Below the pieces are notes generated by a model. The model was given only the letters and a program-made list of their open reading frames with translations. It had not been told where the DNA came from and did no database searches. Shown here piece after piece: positions 1 through 9,139 of a stretch of DNA of 64,000 nt. Origin of the DNA: a virus. The translations under genes were made by a program, and so were the position numbers. Position 1 is the stretch's first letter. Each line of letters opens with the position of its first letter. Location: the IMG/VR virus record IMGVR_UViG_3300034682_000252, positions 27,017 to 91,016 of that record; one strand, written 5' to 3'.

Positions 1-154
1 GGGCGGCGCTATCTACCGCCACCAGCACCGTCAGGGCGCCAGTGGCCTTGTTAACAAGACTCCTGACCAGGTGGGCCACCATGGAGGCCGGGAAGGGGCG
101 AACTCGCCCAACGGGGGTTGCTGGGTCGCCCAGGGAGTAGGGGTCCGGTGACAT
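1..154 (-). CDS. Partial hypothetical protein (runs off the left edge)
   Basis: ATG at 154 with AGGAG RBS on the - strand; frame open to the edge (MSPDPYSLGDPATPVGRV...). Confidence 0.5.
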   Translation of the reverse strand, partial: MSPDPYSLGDPATPVGRVRPFPASMVAHLVRSLVNKATGALTVLVAVDSAA

Positions 155-360
155 GAAATAGCCGCTCCTGTTTAACACCCTTTAATTCAGGGCTTCGGGT
201 TAGGATGTGAGTCCGACAAGGATACCGTTCTGTTCGCGCTAAGCAAGGGGGAATAGCTCACACGCCGGAAAATATTTCACTCCAATCTCTTCTTTTCGGA
301 AATATCTTCCTATAGGATGGATTCATACATATACCATAAAACAGGGATAAAGGTTAGGAT

Positions 361-942
361 ATGGGGATCAACACCATGAGCATTATCAGCGCGGCTGTAT
401 CACACCTCAAAGAGCCATCCATGGAGCGAGCAGAAGAGGCGGCCCGCAGCCTGGCCGAGCGTTACATGATAGGCCTAGAGGCGGCCGGCTGGGATGTGAA
501 CGTGGCTTACCCCATGCCCAAATCCACTATGTCACGGATCGACTATCAGCCCCTTATGGCCCGCCACAACCTCGCCAAGCGCCTGACCACCTACGACAAC
601 GAGCGCAACGACATTAAAACCGGAGCGGGTCGCGCCCACTACCGGGTATGGAACAAGGACGCCGTTGAGCGGCTGGTGGCCGAAGCCCGCGAACAGGCCG
701 CCCAGCAGTACGACGCCTTTGTCGCCAAGCTGGTGGGCAAGGTGGAGGCTGACGGGCCGGTGGTGGAGGCCATCCTCACCGGCGAGCACGTTTGGGGGCA
801 TTCCATCCTGACCGTGTGCCACGCCGACGGCACCACCCACAAATGGCGCACCGAAATGATTATCAACGTCTCGAAACTGGGGACCCTGTTCAACCAGTGG
901 CCCACCCGCAAACTCAAGCCGGCCAAGCGCAAAGCAGCCTGA
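361..942 (+). CDS. Phage hypothetical protein, first gene of accessory operon
   Basis: 193-aa ORF with typical codon bias, downstream of an AT-rich promoter region. Confidence 0.7.
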   Translation: MGINTMSIISAAVSHLKEPSMERAEEAARSLAERYMIGLEAAGWDVNVAYPMPKSTMSRIDYQPLMARHNLAKRLTTYDNERNDIKTGAGRAHYRVWNKDAVERLVAEAREQAAQQYDAFVAKLVGKVEADGPVVEAILTGEHVWGHSILTVCHADGTTHKWRTEMIINVSKLGTLFNQWPTRKLKPAKRKAA

Positions 943-987
943 CCAAGCCGGCCCCGCCCTGGGGCCATCCATTACCAGGAACACACC

Positions 988-1377
988 ATGATACCCACCA
1001 TGACCCCCGAGTTTTTGCAGCAGTTGGCGCTATCCACCCTGCTGGCCGAACGCAGCGAAGAACAGGGGACCGACTACGAAGAAGGCACCTATGAGCAAGG
1101 GGTGCGGGACACCCTGCAATGGGTGGCCGGCATCCTTTCCGCCCCGCCTCACGCAGCAAGCGAATACCCGGAGCTGGCGCTCCCCCTGGAGGTCATCAGG
1201 GAGCACCTGGCGAACCACGGCACCGTCGAGTTCATGCACCTCCTATCGGGCCTCAAGAAAGCCGGGTGCCCCACCCTGGGCCCCACCTGCCGGGGCTGCC
1301 CGGACTGCGCCGGGCCAGTGATGAGTGATGCCGACTACCAAGCAATGCTTGGCGATTCCAAACCCACCGAAGTTTGA
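988..1377 (+). CDS. Hypothetical protein with C-terminal Cys cluster
   Basis: AGGA RBS; CPTLGPTCRGCPDC. Confidence 0.6.
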   Translation: MIPTMTPEFLQQLALSTLLAERSEEQGTDYEEGTYEQGVRDTLQWVAGILSAPPHAASEYPELALPLEVIREHLANHGTVEFMHLLSGLKKAGCPTLGPTCRGCPDCAGPVMSDADYQAMLGDSKPTEV

Positions 1378-1393
1378 CCAGGAGAAACCCAGA

Positions 1394-1717
1394 ATGACCA
1401 CTTCCGCTGTTATCGCCCTCACACCCGAGGCGCTGAATGTTCTGTTCCCCGAGAGGAAGCTGTGCGCCCACTTCGGCGACCACGCCAACGGAGTCGGCCG
1501 CAATCGCTTCATCCTCACCCAAGACATAAAGGACCGCATCAGGGAGGCCGTCCAGGCGGAAGTACGCCTCAAAGAGGTGGCCGCAACCACCGCCCGCACC
1601 GCCGTTTACAACGTCCTCAAGTCCGAACTGGTCAGCGTCACCCAGCAGGAGCTGGAAGCGCGGGCGGCCGCCCTCAAAGCCGGGATCAGCAAGTCACCCG
1701 CGGAGCATCAACAATGA
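1394..1717 (+). CDS. Hypothetical protein
   Basis: AGGAG RBS before ATG 1394; ATGA overlap with next gene. Confidence 0.6.
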   Translation: MTTSAVIALTPEALNVLFPERKLCAHFGDHANGVGRNRFILTQDIKDRIREAVQAEVRLKEVAATTARTAVYNVLKSELVSVTQQELEARAAALKAGISKSPAEHQQ

Positions 1718-2616
1718 TCACCACTACCATCCTCTATCACAACGACGCTGACGGGTTCGCTTCTGCCCTGGCCGCCTGGTTGCGCTACGGTAACAACGCC
1801 CACTATATCGAGGTTGCCTATGGTAAGCCGGTCCCCACCATCCCGGCCGGCACCGTCGATCTCTTCATCCTGGATTTCAGCTACTCCCGCGAGGTGTGTG
1901 ACCTGCTGGCCTCCCAGTACCGGCTGGTGGTCCTGGACCACCACAAGACCGCCCAGGCCGCCCTGGCTGATGCTCCCTACGCCATCTTTGACATGAGCAA
2001 GGCCGGCTGTGAGCTCGCCTGGGAGCACTTCTTTCCGGCCGAGCCGCTGCCGGAGCTGCTGGCCTACGTGGCCGATCGTGACTTGTGGCTCTGGGAGCTC
2101 CCCCTCTCCAAGGAGGTGAACGCCTGGATCTCCACCCTGCCCAAGCGGTTTGATGAGTGGGCGCTCTCCCTTCGCAGCGGGATCAACCAGGGCATGGTGA
2201 TGTGCGGCCAGGCTGTTCTGGCCAATCAGGCCAACTTGCTGGAGATCATGGCGAGTGGCGCCAAGTTCATCGAGATCGCCGGCTTGCCCGCCGTGGTGGT
2301 GAACAGCACCCAGGCGCTGCACTCCGAACTGGCCGATTTTCTGGGCCAGCGCTTCCCCGGAGCTGCCGTCGTGGCCATCTACCAGGACCAGGGGAACGGC
2401 ACCCGCAAATACTCGCTGCGCACCACCAGCCCCGATGTGGATGTGAGCGCCATTGCTCGCCAGTACGGCGGCGGCGGTCACCGCAAGGCGGCCGGGTTTG
2501 AGTTGCCGCCCTACAGCTACCCGTCCGAGCTCTGCATGGGTGGCGAACTGAGCCGCGCCCTGGAGTCCATGAATCACATGGAGCAGATGATTAATCTTAG
2601 AGGGGGGAAGGTATGA
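1714..2616 (+). CDS. DHH/DHHA1-family phosphoesterase (NrnA/NrnB-like)
   Basis: Motifs YHNDADG, ILDFS, LDHH, DRDLW, YSLR, GGGGHRKAAG. Confidence 0.88.
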   Translation: MITTTILYHNDADGFASALAAWLRYGNNAHYIEVAYGKPVPTIPAGTVDLFILDFSYSREVCDLLASQYRLVVLDHHKTAQAALADAPYAIFDMSKAGCELAWEHFFPAEPLPELLAYVADRDLWLWELPLSKEVNAWISTLPKRFDEWALSLRSGINQGMVMCGQAVLANQANLLEIMASGAKFIEIAGLPAVVVNSTQALHSELADFLGQRFPGAAVVAIYQDQGNGTRKYSLRTTSPDVDVSAIARQYGGGGHRKAAGFELPPYSYPSELCMGGELSRALESMNHMEQMINLRGGKV

Positions 2617-3263
2617 GCCCCCTCGAGCAAGACACCCCACCAGCCCTGGTGAAGGCCATCAAGCCAGCCGTGGCCTGGAAGGTGGATGACGGCGAGCACA
2701 GCAAGATCGTGTTTCATCATCACGGCCTGGCCGCCCGCCGTGAGGGGGCCAACGAGCTGGATGTGGAGTTTGAGCTCGCCATCTGCACCCGGGCGCGGGA
2801 GTTCGACCAGTACGCCAGCCTGGGCGAAGTGCCCACCCAAGTGCTGCTCGATGCCGGCTGGTTCTTCTACTGCCACTATTGTGACGCGACCGTGCGCCAG
2901 GACGACGACAGCGACGAGGAGCGCGGGCCGCTGGTGGTCGATGGGGATTCCGTCTATTGCAGCCAGGCTTGCCAGGACAACCTGGCGGCCGAACGGGCCA
3001 GGCTGGACAGCAATTTCGCCCGGTTCAAGGAGTCCGTGATCGCACTGCGCCCGGATCTGACCTTCACCTCCTGGCACGGGGGCTACCCCATGGCAACCTG
3101 CCGCGCTCACTTCCGCTTCCCTGGGAGCGACTACACCGGCACCATTCTTGATTTTGCGGACGGCAGGGGCTTGCTCTGGTCCATCCCCAAGGCAGATATG
3201 GCGGCCTGGGAAGCCTATGAAGCCACGCGAACTGGCGCGAACAAGGAGCAACCCCATGGCTAA
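2613..3263 (+). CDS. Phage hypothetical protein (CxxC...YCSxxC, possible Zn binding)
   Basis: ATGA-coupled ORF; CHYC and YCSQAC. Confidence 0.65.
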   Translation: MSPLEQDTPPALVKAIKPAVAWKVDDGEHSKIVFHHHGLAARREGANELDVEFELAICTRAREFDQYASLGEVPTQVLLDAGWFFYCHYCDATVRQDDDSDEERGPLVVDGDSVYCSQACQDNLAAERARLDSNFARFKESVIALRPDLTFTSWHGGYPMATCRAHFRFPGSDYTGTILDFADGRGLLWSIPKADMAAWEAYEATRTGANKEQPHG

Positions 3264-3876
3264 GAAACCCGATCCCGTGCTCGCCGCGCTCACGCTGTAC
3301 GAGCAGAAGAATGCTTTCATCCGTCGGCTTATCAACCCCCTGCCGGATCCGGCCTACGCCACGGACGCCCACTTTATGAACCTGGAGGGAATGCTGGAGA
3401 GCTACCGGCGCGACTGGGGGCTGAACCTGGCCCCCGACTTCCAGCGCGGCCACGTCTGGACCAAGGCCCAACGGGTCGCCTATGTCGAGGGGATCTTGCG
3501 GGGGACCGTTGGGGAGAGCCAGCGCATCATCCAGTTCAACGCGCCCCACTGGGAGGACACCAATTATGCCGGCGAGCTGCCGAGAGAGATCCAGATAGTG
3601 GACGGCCTCCAGCGCCTGACCACCGTTCGCCAGTACCTGGCCGGCGAGTTGAAGATCTTTGGTGGCCTGACCGTGGGGGACTTTGACGGCTCGAGTTACA
3701 GCGCCAGGATGGGAATTTACCGATTCAGGGTAAACATCCACACCTTCGCCACCCGCCAGGCGCTGCTGCGCTACTACCTCGAGATCAACAGCGGCGGCAC
3801 CCCGCACAGCAAAGCCGAGATCAAGCGGGTGCAGGCCCTGCTGGTGGCCGCTACCGAGACAAGGAACAACCCATGA
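3256..3876 (+). CDS. DUF262 (GmrS/ParB-like) domain protein, stand-alone
   Basis: PDFQRGHVW, IVDGLQRLTT, YLEINSGGTPHS motifs. Confidence 0.82.
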   Translation: MAKKPDPVLAALTLYEQKNAFIRRLINPLPDPAYATDAHFMNLEGMLESYRRDWGLNLAPDFQRGHVWTKAQRVAYVEGILRGTVGESQRIIQFNAPHWEDTNYAGELPREIQIVDGLQRLTTVRQYLAGELKIFGGLTVGDFDGSSYSARMGIYRFRVNIHTFATRQALLRYYLEINSGGTPHSKAEIKRVQALLVAATETRNNP

Positions 3877-4103
3877 GCACCACCGAACAAACCCCCCACG
3901 TCACTACCCTTACCTGCATCAGGGAGGGCGAGATCGAGAGCATCAAGCTGGGCCAGACATTCCAGGTGCTGACCGAAGATCAACGCAACTGGGAGATAGA
4001 GGCGGACGGAGAGCGCTACCTCGTCAGCAAGATCACCAGCCAGGTGCGCTACTACTGGGATTCGCCCTGGCTCACCACCAGCGAGCAAGGAGACAAGGCA
4101 TGA
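3873..4103 (+). CDS. Hypothetical protein
   Basis: ATGA-coupled at both ends. Confidence 0.6.
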   Translation: MSTTEQTPHVTTLTCIREGEIESIKLGQTFQVLTEDQRNWEIEADGERYLVSKITSQVRYYWDSPWLTTSEQGDKA

Positions 4104-4375
4104 CCATGCTGACCTGGCTGCGCCTTCGGGTGAAGTGGTGGGTTGCCGGCCGGGAACTGGCCGAGCTGCGCCGCTGGCAAGTGCAATGGCATCTGTACCG
4201 GCGCTGGCTGGCCGAGTTCCAGGACGTGGGGGAAGCAATGGACAGCCTACAGGCCGCCGCCAAGGGTGAGGGGCTGAATAGCTGCCTGCCGGCGCACGGG
4301 GATGGCCCCTGGTCGGTGGAGGCACTGAGGGACAGACTACGGGCCAGGCGCGACCGGCCAGACAGAGCAGCATAA
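4100..4375 (+). CDS. Hypothetical protein
   Basis: ATGA-coupled; followed by terminator. Confidence 0.6.
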   Translation: MTMLTWLRLRVKWWVAGRELAELRRWQVQWHLYRRWLAEFQDVGEAMDSLQAAAKGEGLNSCLPAHGDGPWSVEALRDRLRARRDRPDRAA

Positions 4376-4381
4376 ACACCA

Positions 4382-4403
4382 GGGCGCCACAAGGGCGCCC
4401 TTT
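4382..4403 (+). terminator. Rho-independent terminator
   Basis: GGGCGCC-acaag-GGCGCCC-TTT. Confidence 0.6.
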
Positions 4404-4513
4404 CTACGCCCGTCGCGGGCTCCTATTTAACATATAAGGGTCAGTCACGCGGTTCAGCATCTGGTCGGCCAGGCTGTAACAACGTGGCTTTTTTGTCTCA
4501 TTCTGTCACATGG

Positions 4514-5635
4514 CTACCGTTTTCCAGCCCTACGGCGGGCCATGGCCGATTCGCCGGCCAGAATGTCACGGCAATAGCGGATCACCATGCGCTCACTGGT
4601 CCAGCGGCCGGCCTGCATGATCTCCAGAGTGTTGTATCCCTCGGCTGCCAGATCCTGGGAGGCGCCCACCCGGGCGGAGTGCCCAGACCAGCGCGGGATA
4701 CCCAGGCGCTCGAGATCCAGCTCCATCCACGCCTTGGCGAAGATCTTCTCTACCGTATCCACCGACAGCGGGCCGCCAGCATAGGCCGGCTTGTTGTGCT
4801 TGGTGACCTTGCCGAACAGTTGATCGCCCCCCTCCAGCTTGCGGCCGGCCGCCTCCAGGTACTCCAGGATCAGCCGCATAGCCTGGCGCGACAGCGGCGC
4901 TTTGTCCGGTTCGCCTGAGTGGTTCGTCTTGGTGATGGGGATGGTCAGCACGGCGGTCCCGTCGGGATTGAGCTTGATGTGCTGGCAGCGAATACGGGCC
5001 ACCTCGGACGCCCGCAGCAGCGTTTCATAGGCCACTACCAGGAGCGCCAGATCCCGCTTGCGCACCAGGAACGGGGATTGCCCCCACAGCTCCACCAGGT
5101 TATCGAGGTGAACCTCCCGCAGCGCGGAGGCCTGGTCGATCGTCTCCTCGGCCTTCACCTTGGCCCGCACCAGGGCGGCAAAGGTCCCCTGTAGCCGCTC
5201 GTCGGTGGTCGGGTCCGGGCAGCCGGCCGCCCGGTGAACCCGCCCAATGGCCCAGCGGTCAATCGCCAGGGTGTTGCGGTGGACGCTGGTGGCCCGCTCG
5301 GTCAAGTAGGCTTCCACGTCGGCCACGTCGGCCGGAAGCGGTGACCGGTCACCAGAACTGGCGCACCAGGCCGCGAACCGGGACCAGGCGCCGGTGAGGG
5401 ATTCAATGGTCCGCTCGGAGTAGCGGCCGGCCCGCACCTGGAATTCCTCCAGGAACTGGGCGATGGCCTCCTGGATGCGCGGGTGTCGGTCGATGCGATG
5501 GCCATGCAGGCGAGCGCGGCGGATCAGCTCGCCCAAGTCGCTCGGGGTGAAGGCGTCGAGATCGAGTTGGTCGATAGTGGCGGTGAGTTCGGCCGGTAAC
5601 ATCTTGTCGCCGGCGAAGATGGCAAGTTGAGTCAT
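4514..5635 (-). CDS. cre: Cre-family tyrosine recombinase (VCre-like)
   Basis: Catalytic motifs LLRASE, TKTN, GHSARVG, GRW, RY; segment LTIPITKTNHSGEPD matches recalled VCre; P1-like synteny cre-lox-c1-pacB-pacA. Confidence 0.92.
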   Translation of the reverse strand: MTQLAIFAGDKMLPAELTATIDQLDLDAFTPSDLGELIRRARLHGHRIDRHPRIQEAIAQFLEEFQVRAGRYSERTIESLTGAWSRFAAWCASSGDRSPLPADVADVEAYLTERATSVHRNTLAIDRWAIGRVHRAAGCPDPTTDERLQGTFAALVRAKVKAEETIDQASALREVHLDNLVELWGQSPFLVRKRDLALLVVAYETLLRASEVARIRCQHIKLNPDGTAVLTIPITKTNHSGEPDKAPLSRQAMRLILEYLEAAGRKLEGGDQLFGKVTKHNKPAYAGGPLSVDTVEKIFAKAWMELDLERLGIPRWSGHSARVGASQDLAAEGYNTLEIMQAGRWTSERMVIRYCRDILAGESAMARRRAGKR

Positions 5636-5691
5636 GGGAAAGGGTCTTTTCTAGTTGTTTGGGCGCGTCGGTGAGTATAGCCCCATTTGCA

Positions 5692-5725
5692 TCAATTCGG
5701 AATAATTGTCATTAGTCCGAATTGA
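5692..5725. other. lox-type recombination site (13-8-13)
   Basis: TCAATTCGGAATA-ATTGTCAT-TAGTCCGAATTGA; arms inverted with 1 mismatch; just upstream of cre. Confidence 0.85.
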
Positions 5726-5969
5726 TAATTTATGGAAATCGCCAGGTGGTGAGTGCTGGTTTTTTGAAAATCAGCAATGGTACTCAATGGCGACCCGAAA
5801 TAAGGGGCGATTGTTGCAACCATCAGGAAAGGGTGGAGTTTTTGATCAAGACATGATCAAGGTAATTTTAAGACCCATAGCAATCCTTGCCACTCGCTGA
5901 ATATGCTGCGAAAATCGCGGCCTAGAAAAAATAACAAGCACGTCGAACTAAATCAGGCGGGATAATGTA

Positions 5970-6224
5970 ATGGCAAGCCAGTTCTCACTCTCAACAGTGG
6001 TTAATCACACGGAATTTATATACTCACCCGCCACGGCGTCAACGCCAGCAAAATTCGAACTGCCAGCCAACATAGATGATGTTGTGGCAGTTTGTGGGGG
6101 CCACGACGACCTATCAGCCTGGATTGTTTATCAGTTCGCCATCCCCAGCGACTATAACGACCAGCTAGAAACAATCCAGCAACTCTTTATTTCAGCCATG
6201 CAGGAACGGCGCCATGGACGATAG
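5970..6224 (+). CDS. Small hypothetical protein in the lox-c1 (immC) interval
   Basis: 84-aa ORF overlapping next gene. Confidence 0.55.
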   Translation: MASQFSLSTVVNHTEFIYSPATASTPAKFELPANIDDVVAVCGGHDDLSAWIVYQFAIPSDYNDQLETIQQLFISAMQERRHGR

Positions 6225-6555
6225 CCTAACCCCACTGGAGGCCCGCCGGCAGAGTCGGGATCGCCTCATCCAAGCCGTCAGGGTCACGCTGACCGGCGCG
6301 GCGGCTGGCTGGTTGGCGGGCAGGATCACGCTCGAGCCGGCAACTTTAGTCGCAGCCGGCGCGATGTTGATTCTCGTTCCACTCAACTTCCTAACGGCAA
6401 GCCCTGTCCGCCCATTTGTGCGCATCATGGGGGCCACCGTCGCCACCATGGCGGTACATAGTCTGATCGAACCGGGATACTTTAGTGCCTGTTTGGCCAT
6501 TTTATGGCTTGTTATTGCTGCTTTCGCGATCAATAGCCACCTAACCCGCCAGTAA
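6214..6555 (+). CDS. Small membrane protein (3-4 hydrophobic segments)
   Basis: Hydrophobic stretches; AGGA RBS. Confidence 0.6.
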   Translation: MDDSLTPLEARRQSRDRLIQAVRVTLTGAAAGWLAGRITLEPATLVAAGAMLILVPLNFLTASPVRPFVRIMGATVATMAVHSLIEPGYFSACLAILWLVIAAFAINSHLTRQ

Positions 6556-6680
6556 TATGCCTTTGAAATGCGTGTAATCAGCCAGGGCCCCCGCCCTGGC
6601 CGCTCCTCCCCTTCATACCGCCCCCTCGTTCAGGTATTGATCTGAGTCCCCTGTCACTTCCTAAGCTATGCCGCATTGAC

Positions 6681-6710
6681 TTGAACAGTCCTTTTGTGAG
6701 CTACTATGAT
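6681..6710 (+). promoter_or_regulatory. Putative sigma70 promoter for c1
   Basis: TTGAAC-N18-TATGAT upstream of ATG 6759. Confidence 0.45.
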
Positions 6711-6758
6711 GGCACCAATTATTTAAACCCCCCCGTAAAAGAGAAGGCGGTCAACGTT

Positions 6759-7598
6759 ATGGCAGTAGATATTTCCCGGTACGAAAAGTTCTTGGAAGTC
6801 CGCAATAACGCAACAAAAATAATTCAGCGTCATTCTATTCACCACGAATTGAAAGGCGATGACGAGAGCGGGCACTATTCAAAATTGGATGGCGGCAAGG
6901 CAAGTGACACCCTGCCACCCACAGAGAGCGCACGTAATAAAAATGATGATGCCGAGCAAAATATTACAGTGCGCCACGTTGGCGTTATTACAGATAAGGA
7001 TGAATTACTTAATTTAAATCAATTTATTCAGCAGTGGCAGAATATGGCCAATGAATTAACCAAGGCTGACCCGCTCCGTTTCCCAAAGAATGCTGCCGTA
7101 TTAGCACCGGTCCCCAGTATTATTTATGGTGTCCGCGCTATGTCAATTAGTGTTGGGCCAGCGACCACCAGCAAGAAATTTACCAAGCAAAGCATTCTGA
7201 CCCGGTACGACAAAGCCATCAAAAAGGCGCTCCAGAGCGAGCGGGTGAGCCATAACAGCGCACTACGCCTCCAGCTCGAGCGAGAGCGGGCGTTATTGGT
7301 CGCGGACAGCGAAACCCACTACCGGATCCGCAATACATGCGGAACAGAGACAGTTTGCACCGTGACATATAACGACGGCACCACGGACAAGGTGAGAGTC
7401 CCCCATGTTGGAGTGGCTTTTGCGGCCCCGTTTGGAGGCATTGAGATTAGAAAGCCGCGTGTAATGCGCCCTCGATCAGACCGTTTGGAGCTGATGGGCA
7501 TTGAGCCGCTGGATTGTTCCCTGTCTGGCCTGTCTGGCTTTGTTTACCGCGAATCAGAGGTAATTACAGCAAGGGGGCGTCACGCACGGCGGAAATAA
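6759..7598 (+). CDS. c1: P1-type C1 primary repressor
   Basis: QWQNMANEL..PLRFPK...APVPSIIYGVR resembles recalled P1 C1 (KWTLMARELEQYPDLNIPK..YPVPNILRGVR); convergent with pacB as in P1. Confidence 0.78.
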   Translation: MAVDISRYEKFLEVRNNATKIIQRHSIHHELKGDDESGHYSKLDGGKASDTLPPTESARNKNDDAEQNITVRHVGVITDKDELLNLNQFIQQWQNMANELTKADPLRFPKNAAVLAPVPSIIYGVRAMSISVGPATTSKKFTKQSILTRYDKAIKKALQSERVSHNSALRLQLERERALLVADSETHYRIRNTCGTETVCTVTYNDGTTDKVRVPHVGVAFAAPFGGIEIRKPRVMRPRSDRLELMGIEPLDCSLSGLSGFVYRESEVITARGRHARRK

Positions 7599-7633
7599 CA
7601 AAAATTCATCAGCCATGGGGGCGGTTGTCATAT

Positions 7634-9139
7634 TTAGACGTCCTCCGCCACCAGCGCCTGCGCCCATCCTGCCAATGATTCTCGCTCAGCCACCATATCC
7701 GATGTAATGAGCATATTCGCCGGGATGTAGTCGGCCATCATGCTGAAACAGTAGGTATCCCACCGGTCGGGTGAGGGTAAGCCAAGTTTCTGCCGCATCG
7801 TCTCCTTGGGCATCATGCAGTTCTGACCCAGCTCGTTGAGCCTGCAGGGCATACGAGAGGCCTGGTCGAGGGTCTTTTCGTGCCCATCGAGGCGCATACG
7901 GCCGCTTCTCACCGCATCCCGGGCCATGATGTTGGCAAAGGCCCGTTTGTTGATGAAGCGCTTCTTATCCTCCTGGGAGAAGCACGGTTGCCCCCACCGA
8001 ATACGGATAACCTGGCGGCCGGCCTCTTCCAGGATCGTGGCTGTATCAGCCCCTACGCCGTCGCCATCCACAGCAAAGGTCACGTTGGGATACTGCTCGT
8101 TGGGGTACTCCGTGTTGAGCAGGCGGCCGTAATTCACCGGGTCGATAGTGCCGGCCCACTCCTTCACGCTCACTGGCACCACTCGCCGCTCGAATCGCTC
8201 CCCACTCACCCGCACCAGGTTGGCCACCGAGCTATCCCGGCCGTTCCCCACGTCCACCAGCACCAGCCAGCCCCAGCCTTTCGCCAGCTTGGGCTGGGCC
8301 CTGGTGGCCTTCTCGCAGTCATCCCGGGAGAGCAGGTATTCCGACGACGTGCGCGGGAACTCGCCCCGCACCTTGATCATGTACTCGGGCGCGTCGCGGC
8401 TGCCGCCGTACTCGCGGATCTTGGACCGGATGAATGAGAGCTTTACCAGGGGGGACTGCTCAGAGCTCAACTTGATGGCCGTGTACCCGTCCTTGTCACC
8501 GGGGTGGCGCTTCTTGAGCTTGTGGTGCGTATCGTAGAAGTAGCCGCTGGGGCGCGTTGGCTGGCTCAGGAGGAGGATCCGGTTGTCCTCCTCGGTCAGG
8601 GCACCGGTCATGACCCCGAACGCCTTGTCAGAGACGCCAGAGGCCTCGTCCACGATGTAGAACAGGTGCGCGGCGTGTTCGCCGGCGAGGGATTCCTCAT
8701 TGCCGATACGGCAACCCTTGGGGGAGACGAACCAAACGCCCTTGCTGGACCGCTCGAAGAAGGTGGTTTCGGTCAGGACGAAGTATTGCTCTACCCAGGG
8801 GTGACGCCGGCACAGCTCGCGATAGTTGATCTTGAGGTACTTCCAGACCACCGTCTGCACCTGGCTTATCTTGTTCGCCACCACAATGACGCGAGCGCCC
8901 GGGAAGCAGAGCATGAAGATCAGGATCATGATGGATGTCATGTCAGACTTGCCGGTACCGTGACCAGAGGAGACGGAGGTTTTGGCCCCTGTCTCCTGGG
9001 CAGAGTCCAGGATCAGGGCCTGCTGCCAGGTCGGTTCCTTGCCGAACAGCTCCACGGCGGCCGTGGTCCAGTCATAGCGGTACCGCTTCACCAGGTCGAG
9101 GTAACGGGGGTCCTTGGTTATCGAGCGGATACGCCCCAT
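7634..9139 (-). CDS. pacB: Terminase large subunit (P1 PacB type)
   Basis: Walker A SGHGTGKS, Walker B IVDEASG, nuclease DVGNGRD and SPDRWD. Confidence 0.93.
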   Translation of the reverse strand: MGRIRSITKDPRYLDLVKRYRYDWTTAAVELFGKEPTWQQALILDSAQETGAKTSVSSGHGTGKSDMTSIMILIFMLCFPGARVIVVANKISQVQTVVWKYLKINYRELCRRHPWVEQYFVLTETTFFERSSKGVWFVSPKGCRIGNEESLAGEHAAHLFYIVDEASGVSDKAFGVMTGALTEEDNRILLLSQPTRPSGYFYDTHHKLKKRHPGDKDGYTAIKLSSEQSPLVKLSFIRSKIREYGGSRDAPEYMIKVRGEFPRTSSEYLLSRDDCEKATRAQPKLAKGWGWLVLVDVGNGRDSSVANLVRVSGERFERRVVPVSVKEWAGTIDPVNYGRLLNTEYPNEQYPNVTFAVDGDGVGADTATILEEAGRQVIRIRWGQPCFSQEDKKRFINKRAFANIMARDAVRSGRMRLDGHEKTLDQASRMPCRLNELGQNCMMPKETMRQKLGLPSPDRWDTYCFSMMADYIPANMLITSDMVAERESLAGWAQALVAEDV

